Source: the human T2T-CHM13v2.0 reference genome, Homo sapiens. From it: a stretch of 64,000 bases of DNA. A model generated the notes under the pieces. That model worked only from the letters and a program-made list of their open reading frames with translations. It had not been told where the DNA came from and made no database searches. Both the position numbers and the translations under genes were made by a program. Positions 38,766 through 53,712 of the stretch are shown in pieces. Position 1 is the stretch's first letter, and each line of letters begins with the position of its first letter. The stretch is taken from assembly GCF_009914755.1 (NCBI RefSeq), contig NC_060926.1, one strand, 5' to 3'.

Positions 38766-40935
38766 AAAATAATCAATAAGACAAAAATGACCATACTGCC
38801 CAAAGCAATTTACAGATTTAATGCTGTTCCTAACAAACTTCCAATGTCATTTTCTACAGAATTCAAAAAAAAAAATTCTAAATTTTATGTGGAACCAAAA
38901 AAGAGCCTGAATGGCCAAAGCAATCCTAAGTAAAAAGAACAAAACTGGGGGCATCATACTACCTTACTTCATATTATAGTAAAAAACTATAGTAACCAAA
39001 AAAACTTGGTACTGGTACAAAAACAGACACATGGACCAATGGAACAGAATAGAACACCCAGAAATAAAGGTGCATACCTACAAGCATCTGATATTTGACA
39101 AGCCAACAAAAAAGCAATGGGGAAAGGAATCCCTTTTCAATAAATGGTTCTGGGATAGCTGGCTAGCCATTTGCAGAAGATTAAAGCTGGATTCCTACCT
39201 TTCACCATGCGCAAAAAGTAACTCAAAATGGATTAAAGATTCAAATGTAAGACCACAAACTTTAAAAATCCTGGAAGACAACCTAGGAAATACTTTTCTC
39301 AACAGTGGCCTTGGCAAAGAATTTTTGACTGTGTCTCCAAAAGCAGTTGCAGCAAAAAAGAATTGACAAGTGAGACTTGGTTAGACTAAAGTGCTTTTGC
39401 ACAGCAAAATAAACTATCAACAGAGCAAACTAATAACTAATAGAATGGGAGAAGATATTCACAAACTATACATCTGACAAAGGCTTAATATCCAGAACCT
39501 AGAGATAAATTAAATGAATAAGCAAAAAAAAAAAAACCCTATTAAAAGTCAGCAAATGACATAAACAGACACCTCTAAAATTAAGACATACAAGTAGCCA
39601 ACAAACATACACAAAATGTGCATCACTAATCAAAAGAAAAAAAATACCCCAAAAAAACCAAATCATTCTACTAAAAAGACACATGCACTTATATGTTCAT
39701 CACTGCGCTATTCACAATAGTGAAGACTTGGAGTCAACCCAGGCGCCCAACAATGGTAGATTGGGTAAAGAAAATTTGGTACATATATACTATGGTTTAC
39801 TATACAGCCACTAAAAAGACTGAAATCATGTCCTTTGCAGCAACATGGAAGGAGCTGGAGGCCATAATCTTAAGCAAATTAATGCTCCTCATCACTGGTC
39901 ATCAGAGAAATGCAAATCAAAACCACAATGAGATAACATCTCACACCAGTTAGAATGATGATCATTAAAAAGTCAGGAAATAACAGATGCTGGAGGGGAT
40001 GTGGAGAAATAGGAACGCTTTTACACTGTTGGTGGGAGTGTAAACTAGTTCAACCATTGTGTAAGGCAGTGCGGCGATTCCTCAAGGATGTAGAACTGGA
40101 AATACCATTTGACCCAGCAATCTCATTTCTGAGTACATACCCAAAGGATTATAAATCATGCTGCTATAAAGACACATAGACACGTATGTTTATTGTGGCA
40201 CTATTCACAATAGCAAAGACTTGGAACCAACCCAAATGTCCATCAATGATAGACTGGATTAGGAAAATGTGGCACATATACACCATGGAATGCTATGCAG
40301 CCATAAAAAAGGATGAGTTCATGTCCTTTGCAGGGTCATGGTTGAAGCTGGAAACCATCATTCTGAGCAAACTATCACAAGGACAGAAAACCAAACACTG
40401 CATGTTCTCACTCCTACCTAGGTGGGAATTGAACAATAAGAACGCTTGGACACAGGGTGGGGAACATCACACACTGGGGCCTGTCATGGAGTGGGGGGCA
40501 GGGGGAAGGATAACATGAGGAGAAATACCTAATATAAATGATGAGTTAATGGGTGCAGCAAACAAATATGGCACATGTATACCTATGTAACAAATCTGCA
40601 CGTTTTGCACATGTACCCTAGAACTTAAAGTATAATAATAAAAAAGAAAATTAATACCGAAAGAGAAAACCAAATACCACATGTCTGCATTTGTAACAAG
40701 AACTAAGCATTGAGCACACATGGATGTAAATATGGAAACAATAGACACTGTTGACTACTGAAGGGTGGAGGAAGGGGGTGTGGGTTAAAAAAAGAAACCT
40801 ATCTATTTGGTACTCTGCTCACTACCAGGGTTACGTGATCTGTACTCCAAATCCCAGCATCACACAGTATTTCCATGTAACAAATCTGCACCCCCTGTAT
40901 CTAAAATAAAAGTTGAAATTAATAATAATAATAGA
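38766..40935 (+). mobile_element. 5'-truncated older L1PA (about PA13-16) ORF2 3' part and 3'UTR, interrupted by a younger L1PA
   Basis: AAAATGACCATACTGCCCAAAGC (KMTILPKA); ORF 39031 [11 protein letters not shown]...[10 protein letters not shown]; terminus GTATCTAAAATAAAAGTTGAAATT followed by (AAT)n. Confidence 0.9.
39886..40643 (+). mobile_element. Younger L1PA (about PA5-6) 3' fragment nested in the older L1
   Basis: ORF 39955 [28 protein letters not shown] (cysteine-rich domain); own 3'UTR and tail; near TSD AAGCAAATTAATGC (39872-39885) / AAGAAAATTAATAC (40644-40657). Confidence 0.92.
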
Positions 40936-43824
40936 AAGTAATTTTTTAAAAAGATAAATAGTCAGAAATCTTAAAAGGGTAAAGATTTCTAATTGGAAGA
41001 CCCACAGTGTGTTTGCTTCAACATAAAATTGAACGATTCACTTGCGGGTTTTTTGTTTGTCTGTTTGTTCATTAGTTTGAACACCAAGAATTTCACTATT
41101 CCATAGATGGATTAAAAATATGTTTATGCATTTTAAATATTTTACAATAAAATATTTTAAAATGCTAGTTGAGGGAAGCTGTATCAAGTGAGGACAAATT
41201 TGTATCTGGAACTTAAAACAGGGCAAAAGCTGAAACAGAGAGAAGTCCATGACACTAATGACCTTAATATCATAGATACAGATTAAATAGTAAATTATGA
41301 TTTTTCTCATCTAAATTTCCTTGAAAACTACTGAGGATACATTGACTACCATCACAAACAAGATGCTCAATAAGAAATATAAGATCCCTGCTCAAAATTT
41401 TGCAGAAGTGACCCATTTATGACAATATTTCAGTCTTAATGAATCCTGAGCATGTAATTTTCTTAAAATAGAATTTTATAAAATATAATTTAGATGCTAG
41501 AATTATTGTTATCTTTGTATCTGACTCTTGTTGATCTTTTTAACAGAAGGTTAAGGCTTTCAAAATCTCGAGTTATGGATATTAATAAGTCATGCAAACT
41601 CTCCCTCTCAAAATCCCAACCATCTTTACATATTTGACAGCTGCTGGAGTGTAGACAGTCTTCCAGAAATAAAGGAATGTAAAGCACACTGGAGGAGTGT
41701 AGACACTGCATAAGCAAGGAAACCCAGAAATGTTACTCAATGGGAATTATTTTATGCTATTGGATGTAAGGATGATACAGAAAGCTAATTCGTAACTATA
41801 CAAATTGACTAAAACCTAATAAAATAACCTTATATATATTGAGTGCATCATGTTAATGGGAAAAAGATGACAATTGCTTCCTCTTCTCAATATTATCACC
41901 AGCAATTGTTTTGATTTAGGTCAATATACAAAGATACAAATTAACCAGTTATAGTTTTACTTATTATTCTTAAAAATTCAGTCCTGATTACGTGTTATGT
42001 TTAGAATTATTTCTGTTTAGTTTGTTCTTCTATGATAGTCAATTAAGTTTTTTTAGATTAATAAATTGATTCACCTATGCCTATAGAAATGATAACACAA
42101 ATAATATTTTCCTATTTATCCAGGATGCCAACTTTCCAGTTATAAAATTGAGCTAATTTGAAGACAATGGTTTATTTATACTCATCACTGGGATTTTTGG
42201 AAAAAAAAACACACAGAATTCTACTTTGTAGGAAAAGTTACTTTTTAAAGTCGTTATTCCCTGAGGTGGCATGTTAACTAAACAAGAAAAAAAAATAGAA
42301 AAAAGAAAAGGAAAAAACAAACAGTGAACCAGTAGAGGAGTCCACAGTATATGTTTACTTTATAAATGATTAATATACTCTTTTCTGGGTACAAATACAT
42401 AATGACATGCCTGAAATTTGAAAAAAAATTATAAATATTAACAATAATAATTTCTGCTTTATTGGCTGCATTTTTCTTTTGGTACAAGATTTTAAAAATA
42501 TATTTTCTCCCTACATAAATAGGTGCATGTTGATTTATAGAAAGCAACAAGTATACTTGCTAAAATCTTGCTTTTGAGGTAATTAATGATTAAGAATATA
42601 TGCAACAAAAGAATTTTGTGTTTTATTGCTAAGGCAGCAAATTCTGCCCAATGTTTCCACAGCACATCCTCCAATTAAGAAGGCAGCTGTCATATTGACT
42701 GAATTGATAATCTGTTCACATGTCACCAGGGAATGTTTAAGTTGACTGGAATGTGAAGTCACTAGAGAATGTTCAGACTTCCAAATTAATGTTTCCTTGG
42801 AGTTTTGTCACTGACAACAAGAAAAAACATTAAGCTTAATTGTCTTTCTGGACTTGTAGAATCAGTCTTGTTGCTGTAGGTCTGTATTTTTAATACTGGC
42901 ATAGGGCAGGGTCTTTAAAAAAATAGTACAATAAAAATAAAGGTTATTAGTCTGTCTTGTGACTTTTGTCCAGACTAAAAAGACTGATATGTACAAAAAT
43001 TACATGGTTTTATGAAAATGTTTACATGAAGGCTTGTGAATTTTTAGTAGAACGAAAATTAATTTTACAAATCACATAACAAAATAAAATAATAGTAAAG
43101 TATAAAATTCGTCCTACTATGAGTAGCACATAAATTCTCTGTAACGGTCCTCAAATGCCTTCAGTCTATGTCTCCAAGTTCTATACAATGCTTTTGATAC
43201 CTGACATCATGTCATACAACAGCATATAACAGACATGTGTGTGCACACGCACACACACGGACACACATACAGAACCTGAAGTTGGCTGTTTTTGAATGAT
43301 TTATATTACATACAGCATTTAAAAAACTTTCCCACCTTTTGTTGTTGTTGTTAGCTGCAACTCCACATTTTGATCTTAATGACAGAGGGGTCAGGCAGAA
43401 AAATACATATAATGATGGGAAATCAGAAGAGAATAAAATGAGAAAAAGCAAGAGAGAAGTACAAAACTAGATAGAAGAGGAAGAAACAGAAGATAATGCA
43501 GATTAAAAATAAGGTATAAAAAAAAGAGAGCAGAAAATAAGAAACCCTAAAAATCTGCATGATTCTCAGCCCCTCATTTGGATGAAAGTGATTTAGGAAA
43601 GCAGTCCAGAAAACTTTTAAACCCAATTGTATTTGGCTTGAAAATCTGTATTGATCCTACTTAATGTTTTAAAATTTTACTTCCCTTTATATCACTTTTC
43701 ACCATTATATTTCTCCATAGTCTGCATATCAGTCATTTGGAATGTATCTGACTAATATAAAAATATTTTAGATCTTGGCAGATACCAGAATTACAAATAG
43801 AAGTGAAGTAAAGAGTTAATTCTA

Positions 43825-44213
<389 letters not shown>

Positions 44214-44439
44214 TTAAATGAGTAAAGAAGTTTACAAAACTGAAAATATGATTCCAATTGTATAAGCAGAAATAAAAAGCTGGCTTATGGCAACTTTAGG
44301 TTGGACCTACCGTCATAAGATGAGTTAGAAATTGAGTAGAACTCTCCCTAGCTGCTGTAACTGAATTCACAGGTGGGTAGAGGAAATGTGACATGAGACA
44401 AAAGACACCAGAAAGCATTTGTTATAGGAAATAAGACTG

Positions 44440-44720
44440 AACTGCAAAGATTTTTGGCCTGAGAAGCTAGAAGACTAAAACTTGAAACAATTGAAATTGG
44501 AAAAGTTATATGTGGGGCAGAATTTTTTTTCAGACTAACCGTAAGTTCAGTTTTGTTTGGGACAGGTTGAGTTTAAAAGGTCTACTTTTGTTCAAATGAA
44601 AATGTAAAATAGTCAAATAAATTTGGATTTAGTGTCTATGACTATTCTATATACATTTTATTAAATGTATATATAAATGTATGGATTTAAATGTCATCAG
44701 CAGGTTGATGCTGATTTAAG
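44440..44720 (-). mobile_element. LINE-2 fragment
   Basis: GATTTTTGGCCTGAG...AGTTCAGTTTTG...GGACAGGTTGAGTTT resembles the L2 reverse-complement motif. Confidence 0.6.
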
Positions 44721-45644
44721 CACATTACTATGTTTTCATAGATAACTTGATTCTATTTTTCTCAATGTTATCCATTCATTTCCTCATTTTAAAAGTTTAC
44801 CAATCTATCTGTCAAACAATGATATCATTCATATTTGAGCTCCAATCTAGACTGCCTTGAATTCATTATAATTCCTTGATTGACTCTAAGCTCTGGTTTC
44901 AAAATTTCTCATGATGTCTTGTGAAAGACTTTAAAGAATCCTACTCTTTGAGTTAATTCATTAATTGCCTGTAATTTGAGTAGAGGGTGGAAGCAATTTT
45001 GTGCTTTCAGATTCCATGTATATATCTCTCCTGCAGAACTCATACCCAATTCTTGAATTTCATTTCTGCCTACAATATTAGATCATTATCTATTCTCAAT
45101 TAAAGCTGAGCTTCCTTTCATGGCTACTCTTAAAACATAGCCCCTAAATTTATTTTATTTTACCTATTCTTAAGTCTTTATCAATGGCTCTGACCAATGC
45201 CATCTATATCCTCAGTAATGAGTTCCGGTACTATTTCATCACTGAGCCTAGGATGATAATACTTACCCTAGTGTTTTAAAATAAAATAATTTTAGCTACT
45301 TTAAATATACCTTTTGTTTTATAAAAATAGTTTATATTCATATCTCACATTGAATTTGTCAACAATTGAGTCAAATCTATATGTAATATAAATGACACAT
45401 TTTATGGACAAAATGGTCTAATAATTGCTTCAGTAAACCATCTAAATACTTACACATAATAGTTTCTACATTCACAACTCTAGACCACTATTAATGTAGC
45501 ACTGTAGTCACAAAAGCTTAGCTGTAGTGAGTTTCATTCAATCGACCATTTTATTTTTTCATTATAACATTGTTTTCTTAATTGTACTGAATTAACAACA
45601 AAATCTAAATAGAATATCAAGTAAAAGTTTATTTCAAAATGGTA

Positions 45645-47965
45645 AGGTAACCTATCTCAACAAGCTAGAAAAATCAAAGACCAAAATAAACCCAACACAA
45701 TCAGAAGGAAGGAAGTTATAAAGATATTAGCAGAAAACAAGTATATTGAAATTAAGAAATTAGATAAAAATCAATAAAACAAAAGACAATTCTTTGAAAA
45801 TATCAATAAAACTGAAAAACTTCTGGAAAAACCAACACTAGTAAAAAGAGAAATCACCAAAATCAGGAGTGAAATGGGATATATTACCACAAATCTAGAA
45901 GCCATTAAAAAGAGAATGAGCTACATTCAACCTTACACTCACAAGGTAAACAATTTAGATGAAATGAATCAATTCCTCAAAATCCACAAGCAACCACAAC
46001 TCAACCAAGTTGAAACATATGAAGGTAATTTAAAAATTTTAAAACTCTCAAAATGAAAAATTTCAGTTGCAGATGATTTAACTAAGGAAATCTATCAAAT
46101 ATTTAAAGAATTAACATGAGTTTTGCCTAATCTCTTCCAGAAAATAGAAGAGGAGGAAACATGTATTAATTTCCCACTGCTGCTGTAATCAATTGCCATA
46201 AAAAATGGCTTGAAGCAATTTGTATTTATTCTTTTACAGCTTTTTACCTTATGGAAATAAAATCCAGGTTTCATCAGGGTTGAGTCTTGACAAATAATTA
46301 AGGGAAAAATCTATTCCTCAACTCTTACAGCTTTTGGTGGCTGCTAGAATTCTTTGGCTTGTGGCAACATTATTATAGTTCTTTGATCTTCACATCACTT
46401 TTTCTTCTTTGTGTATAAAATCTCCCTTTGTTTCTGTCTTATAAGGACTCATGATTACAAAATACTTCAATAGACATCTATAAAATGTGTAGACTTCATA
46501 TGCTGAAAATTACAAAATGCAGCTGAAAGACATCAAAGAGGGCCTAAATAAATAGAGAAGCATGCCTATTCATGGATTGGAATGCCTGATATAAGAAAGA
46601 GCTAATTCTCCCAAATGTATCTATAGGTTTATTGTAATTAATTTCTTTCAAGCTCCCTGAAAGTCTCTTATGTAAATAGATAGTAAATACATAAATTTAC
46701 TCTAAAATGTACGTGGAAGGACAAAGGTCCTAGAATAGCTGAACATTGACATAACTCACATTTTATGCAAAAATAGATTCACAATCAACCATGGAGTTTA
46801 ATGTGAAATGTTAATGTATAAAATTTAGAAAAACATATGAGAAAAGCTTCAGGAAAAAGGGCTAAGCAAATGGTTCTTAGATTTGACACCAAATTCATTA
46901 CTGATAAAAGGCAAAATAAGTTGGAGTTCAGGAAAATTAAAAACATTTGCTTAGCAGAAGCTCATGTGAAGATAAAAAGATAAGTTACATACTCTGAGAA
47001 AATATTTTCAAACCACATATCTGACAAACAATTAAAATCAAGAATGTGAAAAGAACTCTCAAAACGTAACCATAAAACAACATAAAACCCAATTGTAAAA
47101 TAGGAAACAAACATGAACAGAAATTTTGCTGAAAAGAAAGTATAAATGATAATACAAACATAAAAAGATGTTTAACTTCAGTAGTCATTATTTAAGTGTA
47201 ATTTAAAAACAATCATAAGAGATCACTATAGACATAACAGAATTTGTAAATTAAAACAAAACAACAAGTAGAGCACCAAAAATAGCAAATACATAAAAAT
47301 TGAATCACTCATGCATTAATGAGGGAAAATTGTTTGACAATTCTTTATAAAATAAAACATTTAATTAGCAATGACCCAGAAACCCTTGGACATTTATCCC
47401 AGAGAAATAAAACTTGCATTCACAACAAACAAACAAAACATCTGTACAATAATATTCACACTATCTTTATTTGTCATAGCTGAAACCTGGAAACAGCTCA
47501 GATGTCCTTAAGCAGGTGAATAGTTAAACAAAGGGTGTTAATACATTCCACTAGATATAACACGACAATAATAAAAAGAAACCAAGCATTAGTACACTTA
47601 ACAACTTAGATGAATCTCCAGGAAATTATGCTTAGTAAAGAAAGTCAAATCCAAGAGGTTATATACCATATGATTTGCTTTATATAATATTTTTGAAATG
47701 GTAACATCTTAGAATGTTACCATTTCAAACCATAAATGGAGAACAGATTTATGGTTGCCGTGGACTATTAGGGATGGATTTGTAGGTTCTTGTGGTGGTA
47801 GCAGTGGTAGAGTGAGGCAAGAGTGAGGTGGGTGTGTCTATAAAAAAGCACCAGAATAAATCCAGAGGAATCCTTGTAGTACTGACACTATCCACTATCT
47901 CCACTGTGTTGGTGGATACTCAAACCTACACAGGTGATAAAATTGCTAAGAACTTACAGTAGATA

Positions 47966-48001
<36 letters not shown>

Positions 48002-48190
48002 AATGAGTACAAGGAAAACTGGAGGGATCAGAAAGAGAACAGTGGATAGTATCAATGTCGTTATCCTGATTAACTATTATATTAGTTTGGCAAAATATTA
48101 CTTTTGGGCCAATTGCACAAGGAACAACTGTCTCATTTCTGATCACTGAATATGAATGTACCAATTATTAAATTTTACAAAGCTCAATTC
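45645..48190 (+). mobile_element. Old L1M (L1MD-like 3' end) with internal deletions
   Basis: ORF 45874 NNLDEMNQFLK; ATATCTGACAAA; 3'UTR AAATGGAGAACAGATT...CACACACAAATGAGTACA...TATCAATGTC. Confidence 0.82.
46162..46458 (-). mobile_element. Partial MLT1-family LTR nested in the L1M
   Basis: TGTATTAATTTCC...GCTGCTGTAA...TTTATTCTTTTACAG...CTTTGGCTTGTGGC...CTTATAAGGAC. Confidence 0.72.
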
Positions 48191-49706
48191 TAAAAATTTA
48201 CAGATCTAGAATAAATATACAATAAAGATATTTAATAATCTCTGTTACTGTTAGCCCTCTGCTCTAAAATTATCTTTATTTTTTATATATACATTTCTCA
48301 ATGAATAGAAGAGTTGAGTTTTTGGTATACAAGTTAGATGGGATTATTCTTTGACCAAGACATTTTATATCTTTTAATACTCACTAATATTATGTACTTC
48401 TACTTGTTGAGTGATATAAAAATCCAGAAACACAGTAACTCAGAGTGCCACCAACTGACAATTCAGTTGTTCTTACTTAGTTTTAAAAATGTAAATAAAC
48501 ATGTCACATCTTGCATTATTAGACTATCATGAAAATGTGTGAGGGATTGTCGTAACTCATTTATTATATTTTCCTATTTATTTAAAAAGAATTGATCTTT
48601 ACATAATGGCCAAAAATATTAGATCTGTATGTTAGTTAACTTAATTATAATATTTTTTACAAAGACTAGAATTTTTGGTTATTGGACTTAAGTTGGTATT
48701 TATAAATGTTAATCACAGTAGCAACTCTTTATCCTTACTTCTTAGCATTTTCCTTGTGTTTACTCATTTAGTGTTCTATGAGGATATTTTTATGTATAAA
48801 TAACATTATTGAAGTGTATGAGAGAACAATAAATATTCTGTAACCCTAAATACCTTGCCATTTAGTTGCAAACCTTTGTATAAAAACACGTTAACTACTT
48901 TTTTATATTTTCTTCACCATTTAGTAGTAAAAAGCTTTCAGGTTTGTTAACCCAACAAAAATAGCCATATATTGTGTCACCTGATCACATTATACATATT
49001 ATGGCATAATGTGTCTTTTAGCTAAATGTCTAGTGGTTTACTTTACCAAAGGCATAATCGGTGACATTAAACTCAAAAGGGTACACATTAATGCATTTAT
49101 TAGAGAGTGATTTTAACTATATTGGCATTATTTGCTAAAGTAACTAAACAGACAAGTTTCTGAAAAGTGTAAATATTTAAGATAAACAAATACTCAACAG
49201 TTTAATAAAATTAACTACTTGTGCTAATTTGGTATTAATTACCACAACACTTGTTCATGTTGCTGTACTGTAGTTAAGAGTCTAACAGACTGTTCACAAT
49301 ACACTGTTATTTAGACACAATTAAAATATAAATCCAAAGGGAAAGAGCTTCCCTTTTAGAAAAACTGAACATACATATTTTATCACTATATATAGAGAGA
49401 ATCCTTACATGTTAACAATTACTGGACCTATTTATCCTATCTCTGGTATCCATAGATTTCACAATACCTTTCTTAAAGACATGTACATATTCCTCAAAAT
49501 TTAAGTAATTCGATGAGTTTTTCTTTGAGCACCTTCAATATTTTCTGTTTTAGGAAAGAAGAGTCATATAGTTTGCTCTGCTTTTATAACAACATATACT
49601 TTTGCTTATACTTTTTTATACACTTGTATATTAAAATATTTTGTAAGAACAGAGTTTCTACAGAACATTATTTTTTATAATTTAACAAAAATTATTAATG
49701 CAGTAG

Positions 49707-50330
49707 TGGTTGCCATCTCTTAGTCCCTAGTTCAGCTGGGTCTGAGTGCTTGTCCCATGATCAAGAAGAATAAAGCACATGGACACCAGAGAGTGAGTAT
49801 AGTAGGATTTATTAAGCAAAAGGAAAGCTCTCAGCAAAGAGAAGGAGCCTGAAAGCAGTTTGCCAGAAGCTGAGTTCTCAGTCTTTTAAGTGGCAGAAGC
49901 CAGGAAGTCTTCTGTGGGATTTGTCCAAAAGGGAAGGGTAAAGTTCCCTCGTAGGGGTGTTGCATCTATGCATGCCGGGAGTCAGGCAGAGTGACTCCAT
50001 CTTGGTTATTACCCATGAGTGCCTAAGCAAAACCCACAGGTGTGGGGGCTCAAACCACAATGCTAATGTCACGTTAACAACATTATAATGAGCTGGGTTA
50101 AGTTAAGGACTTTAGGTTGATTTATTGCACCTGCAACTAAGTTGGGACAGTTTCTTCTGAGCAACATCCTGGCACAAGGGGAAGTTCTTAACCACATTTC
50201 TTCCCATTAAATGCAGAGGTGGTGAGGGTGCTGTCCTGTGGTTGTTCCTGTGAACATTGCCCTTCTATGTCCTTCTCCCAAGACCTTCCCTCTCTATTTG
50301 CCTAGCCAGCCCCTAACTTGCTCTCTCTCA
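49707..50330 (-). mobile_element. ERV1-class solo LTR (subfamily not resolved)
   Basis: TG...CA termini; 4-bp TSD GTAG (49703-49706/50331-50334); minus-strand AATAAA (TTTATT at about 49808); GC-richer than its flanks. Confidence 0.82.
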
Positions 50331-50983
50331 GTAGATGATCTTGCATATCTAGAAAAGTTTATCACTGAATCCCTTAAAATGTATTAAGTTTCATTTTGCC
50401 TTAAAATAAAATCAATACATAGGAGCTTAATGGATCTTACAATTATTTATCTCTTTTAAAGGTAAGTTTAACTATAACTTTACAGAATATTTTATTAGAA
50501 CACTTTACCAATAAAAGATTGAAAATGCATTTTAAAAATTCAGTATGTCATGCTTCATTTTAGGAAACAAGATAAAAATGGATAATAAGAGCTTGCTAAC
50601 ATTGCTTATAAATCTCAACCATTAATATTATTTGAATACATATAAACAACAGAGACACACATTATTTTCTATGATTAATGTCATCAATCCAACTTGGATA
50701 GTTAACAAAGAAGCAGCAAGCTCAGTTCTTACAATGAAAACTTTAAGTTCAGATATTCTCAATGTTGTTTTAAGTGTGCATGTAGGGGCTTAAAAGGAAG
50801 AATGAATTGCTAGTCCATCATAACTTTTTGTTTAGGTAAAATTGCAGCATGATGATTCATGAGTGTATTAATAATACTTTAATATGTATGCTATGAATAA
50901 TGTGGAGAGTTTGTATTTATTTTATTCTTTCCTGTATTAGCTCTATAGTCATATAATCTGTATTATCTTATATGTATATGCTC

Positions 50984-51340
<357 letters not shown>

Positions 51341-53712
51341 TAACTAAAATTGAATTTCCCTTTTATCATTTTCAGTTCAATTTTACTAATAATTTATACT
51401 ACATTTTATAAAACATTACATCATAGTGGATTAGAAATTTAAAAGAATCAACCAAACAATTATTCATAAACCAAAGATAAGTTGACAATTTTGTCTATCC
51501 TAAAACACCAGGCATTATATTAATGTTCTATTACTATCTCAATGTTTTAAGTTTTGTATAATGAAAATTATGGATTAGTGCTGTTTTTAAAATTAGGCAT
51601 ATGGTACATTATAAATAATTTTGTAACTTTATTAGGTACATGTTAATAAACAATCAAGATATTATTTCTCCTTTCTGTAGAAATACATTAATATTTGTTT
51701 TGAGGTCTACTTTTAAGTTCTAAAAAGGAAAGGAAAGAAAAAGAGCAAAACAGATTTTAATAGTAAACAATTGCATTTTTTTTACATTTGACACAGTTGC
51801 AAGATTGTTTATGGCTTTCCATGGAGTTTCCCAAACTTTCTTTAACACATTTGTACTTTTACAAATTTACCTGTGTGCATGTAAGATAGATTGAAGGGTT
51901 GTTTATTAGACTTACATTATAACTGTCTCTGAACGGGGCCATAGAAAGAAATAGTGAATATGCAGAGTGTAAGTCTTTGAAATCAATGTTCTTTATTTCT
52001 ATTGCAAAGAAGAGAGGGGAAGATGAAAGGTGTGGGTAGACATCTCTAGGTATGACATAGATACAAAAGCAGTGTGCTGCCTGAAGTAAATTATACCATG
52101 ATGTGAAGACTGCTTAGTAATGAGGTTATATTTAATTCACTTCTCACTTTGAAAATAGTTGATTGGTGGGTAAAAATAGAGTTGACACAAGCAGCGATTC
52201 TGGCTAAGGAATCTCTACGGAGTAGCCCTTGTAACTGTAGATGCAGCATGGAACTCCATCCGCCTTAAAGCAGAACAGAGCTTCCTACTCTTACATACTG
52301 ATTGTCAAGTGCAGAATGAGCCCAATCATTTCACACCTTCCCTTTACTTCTCCTTTTTTTTCTCCAAGTCTCTAAGAAAATAAGCAGCAGTGATTGTTTA
52401 GATTTAAAGCATACTAAATGCATACTTTGTTATAAAAATAAATCATTTATGAGAAAAAATTCCAGTAGTACCTGCCAAATGCTGATCATTTACTACCTAT
52501 CAGAATTATGAATAAGCAAAGTATAGACATTAAGTCTTTTAATTTTTTACTAGAACAACTGTGAAATCTTTTCCTTTATCTCCCTTATATTAGACTATAT
52601 ACAGTAAATGAAATATAGAATCAGAATATAATAGAATATATAATCCTAAAATATATCTGTTTATATATAAAATATATCTATCTATCTCATCACCCATATA
52701 TTTATAACTAGAATATACATATATATTTATTAGAGATTGAGTGAATATGTTCTACAATAATCCTAGTCAAGTCTGTTTTATTTCACTGCCAATGATCCTA
52801 CTGCCTTTCTTCTCTATTTTCTTGGAAGAAATATTTAAACATATACAATAAATTGCATCACTTAGAAGTAAATATTTTCAACATCAAATATCATATTTCT
52901 AGCAATTTAACATGTATTTTTAAAACACATTATGAATGACATACTATAGCTTAAGTGCAAATCCTTCATGTACTCATTCTGAAAATAAACAGATCCCAAC
53001 AGCTATTTGCTTTTCACTGTGTATCAACCATACTGCTGAGATTTGTCATTTTGCTTTGAAACAAGTAAAGAATGGGAAATATATCCGTCCCTAAAGATCT
53101 TGCCTGAAAGATTCCACAGTTTATTCAACGACCGTCATGAAATTCAACTTCTCAGCTGATAAAACTATTGTACAATATCTAATGGACAAACATAAGGACA
53201 CATTTATCTCTGATTCAGCATCTGAAAGCCAACTCTAGTATATTATTTGCTTTCTGTGGAATTTCATTCTGCACTACACTAACAAATTAAGCTGTTACAA
53301 TTCTATACATTATATTGCTATTTTTAAATGTATGGCTTTCACCATTTCTGCTGCTGTATGCTCAATTAGGTAAGTGGTTATTATTGCAGGGTAAAGTTTA
53401 TAAAATTGAGTTTCTGAAAACAGAATAGACAAAATGAGTAGAATGCAATTTTTTTTCAAAAAATATTTTGACTACATTTACTATTAGCTGAAATAATAAA
53501 TGTTGAAACACTAACCTAAAGGTTGAGCTTACTTTAATTAGCTAGTTATATTTGGTTGCAAATCAAATACCCATGATTTTAATATGATATTTCTGTTGAC
53601 ATTCATTGTAAAATTACAGAGGTGTTTCACCAGACTAAAATATTTTATTGGAGTTAAATGTCATAATAAGGTAGATTAAGGACATTTTCTTGTGGAATGA
53701 TGTTATAAAGTA

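Noticed and set aside
41645-41706. Short direct repeat GGAGTGTAGACA occurring twice
   Set aside because: Only 12 bp in two copies, with no further structure or context.
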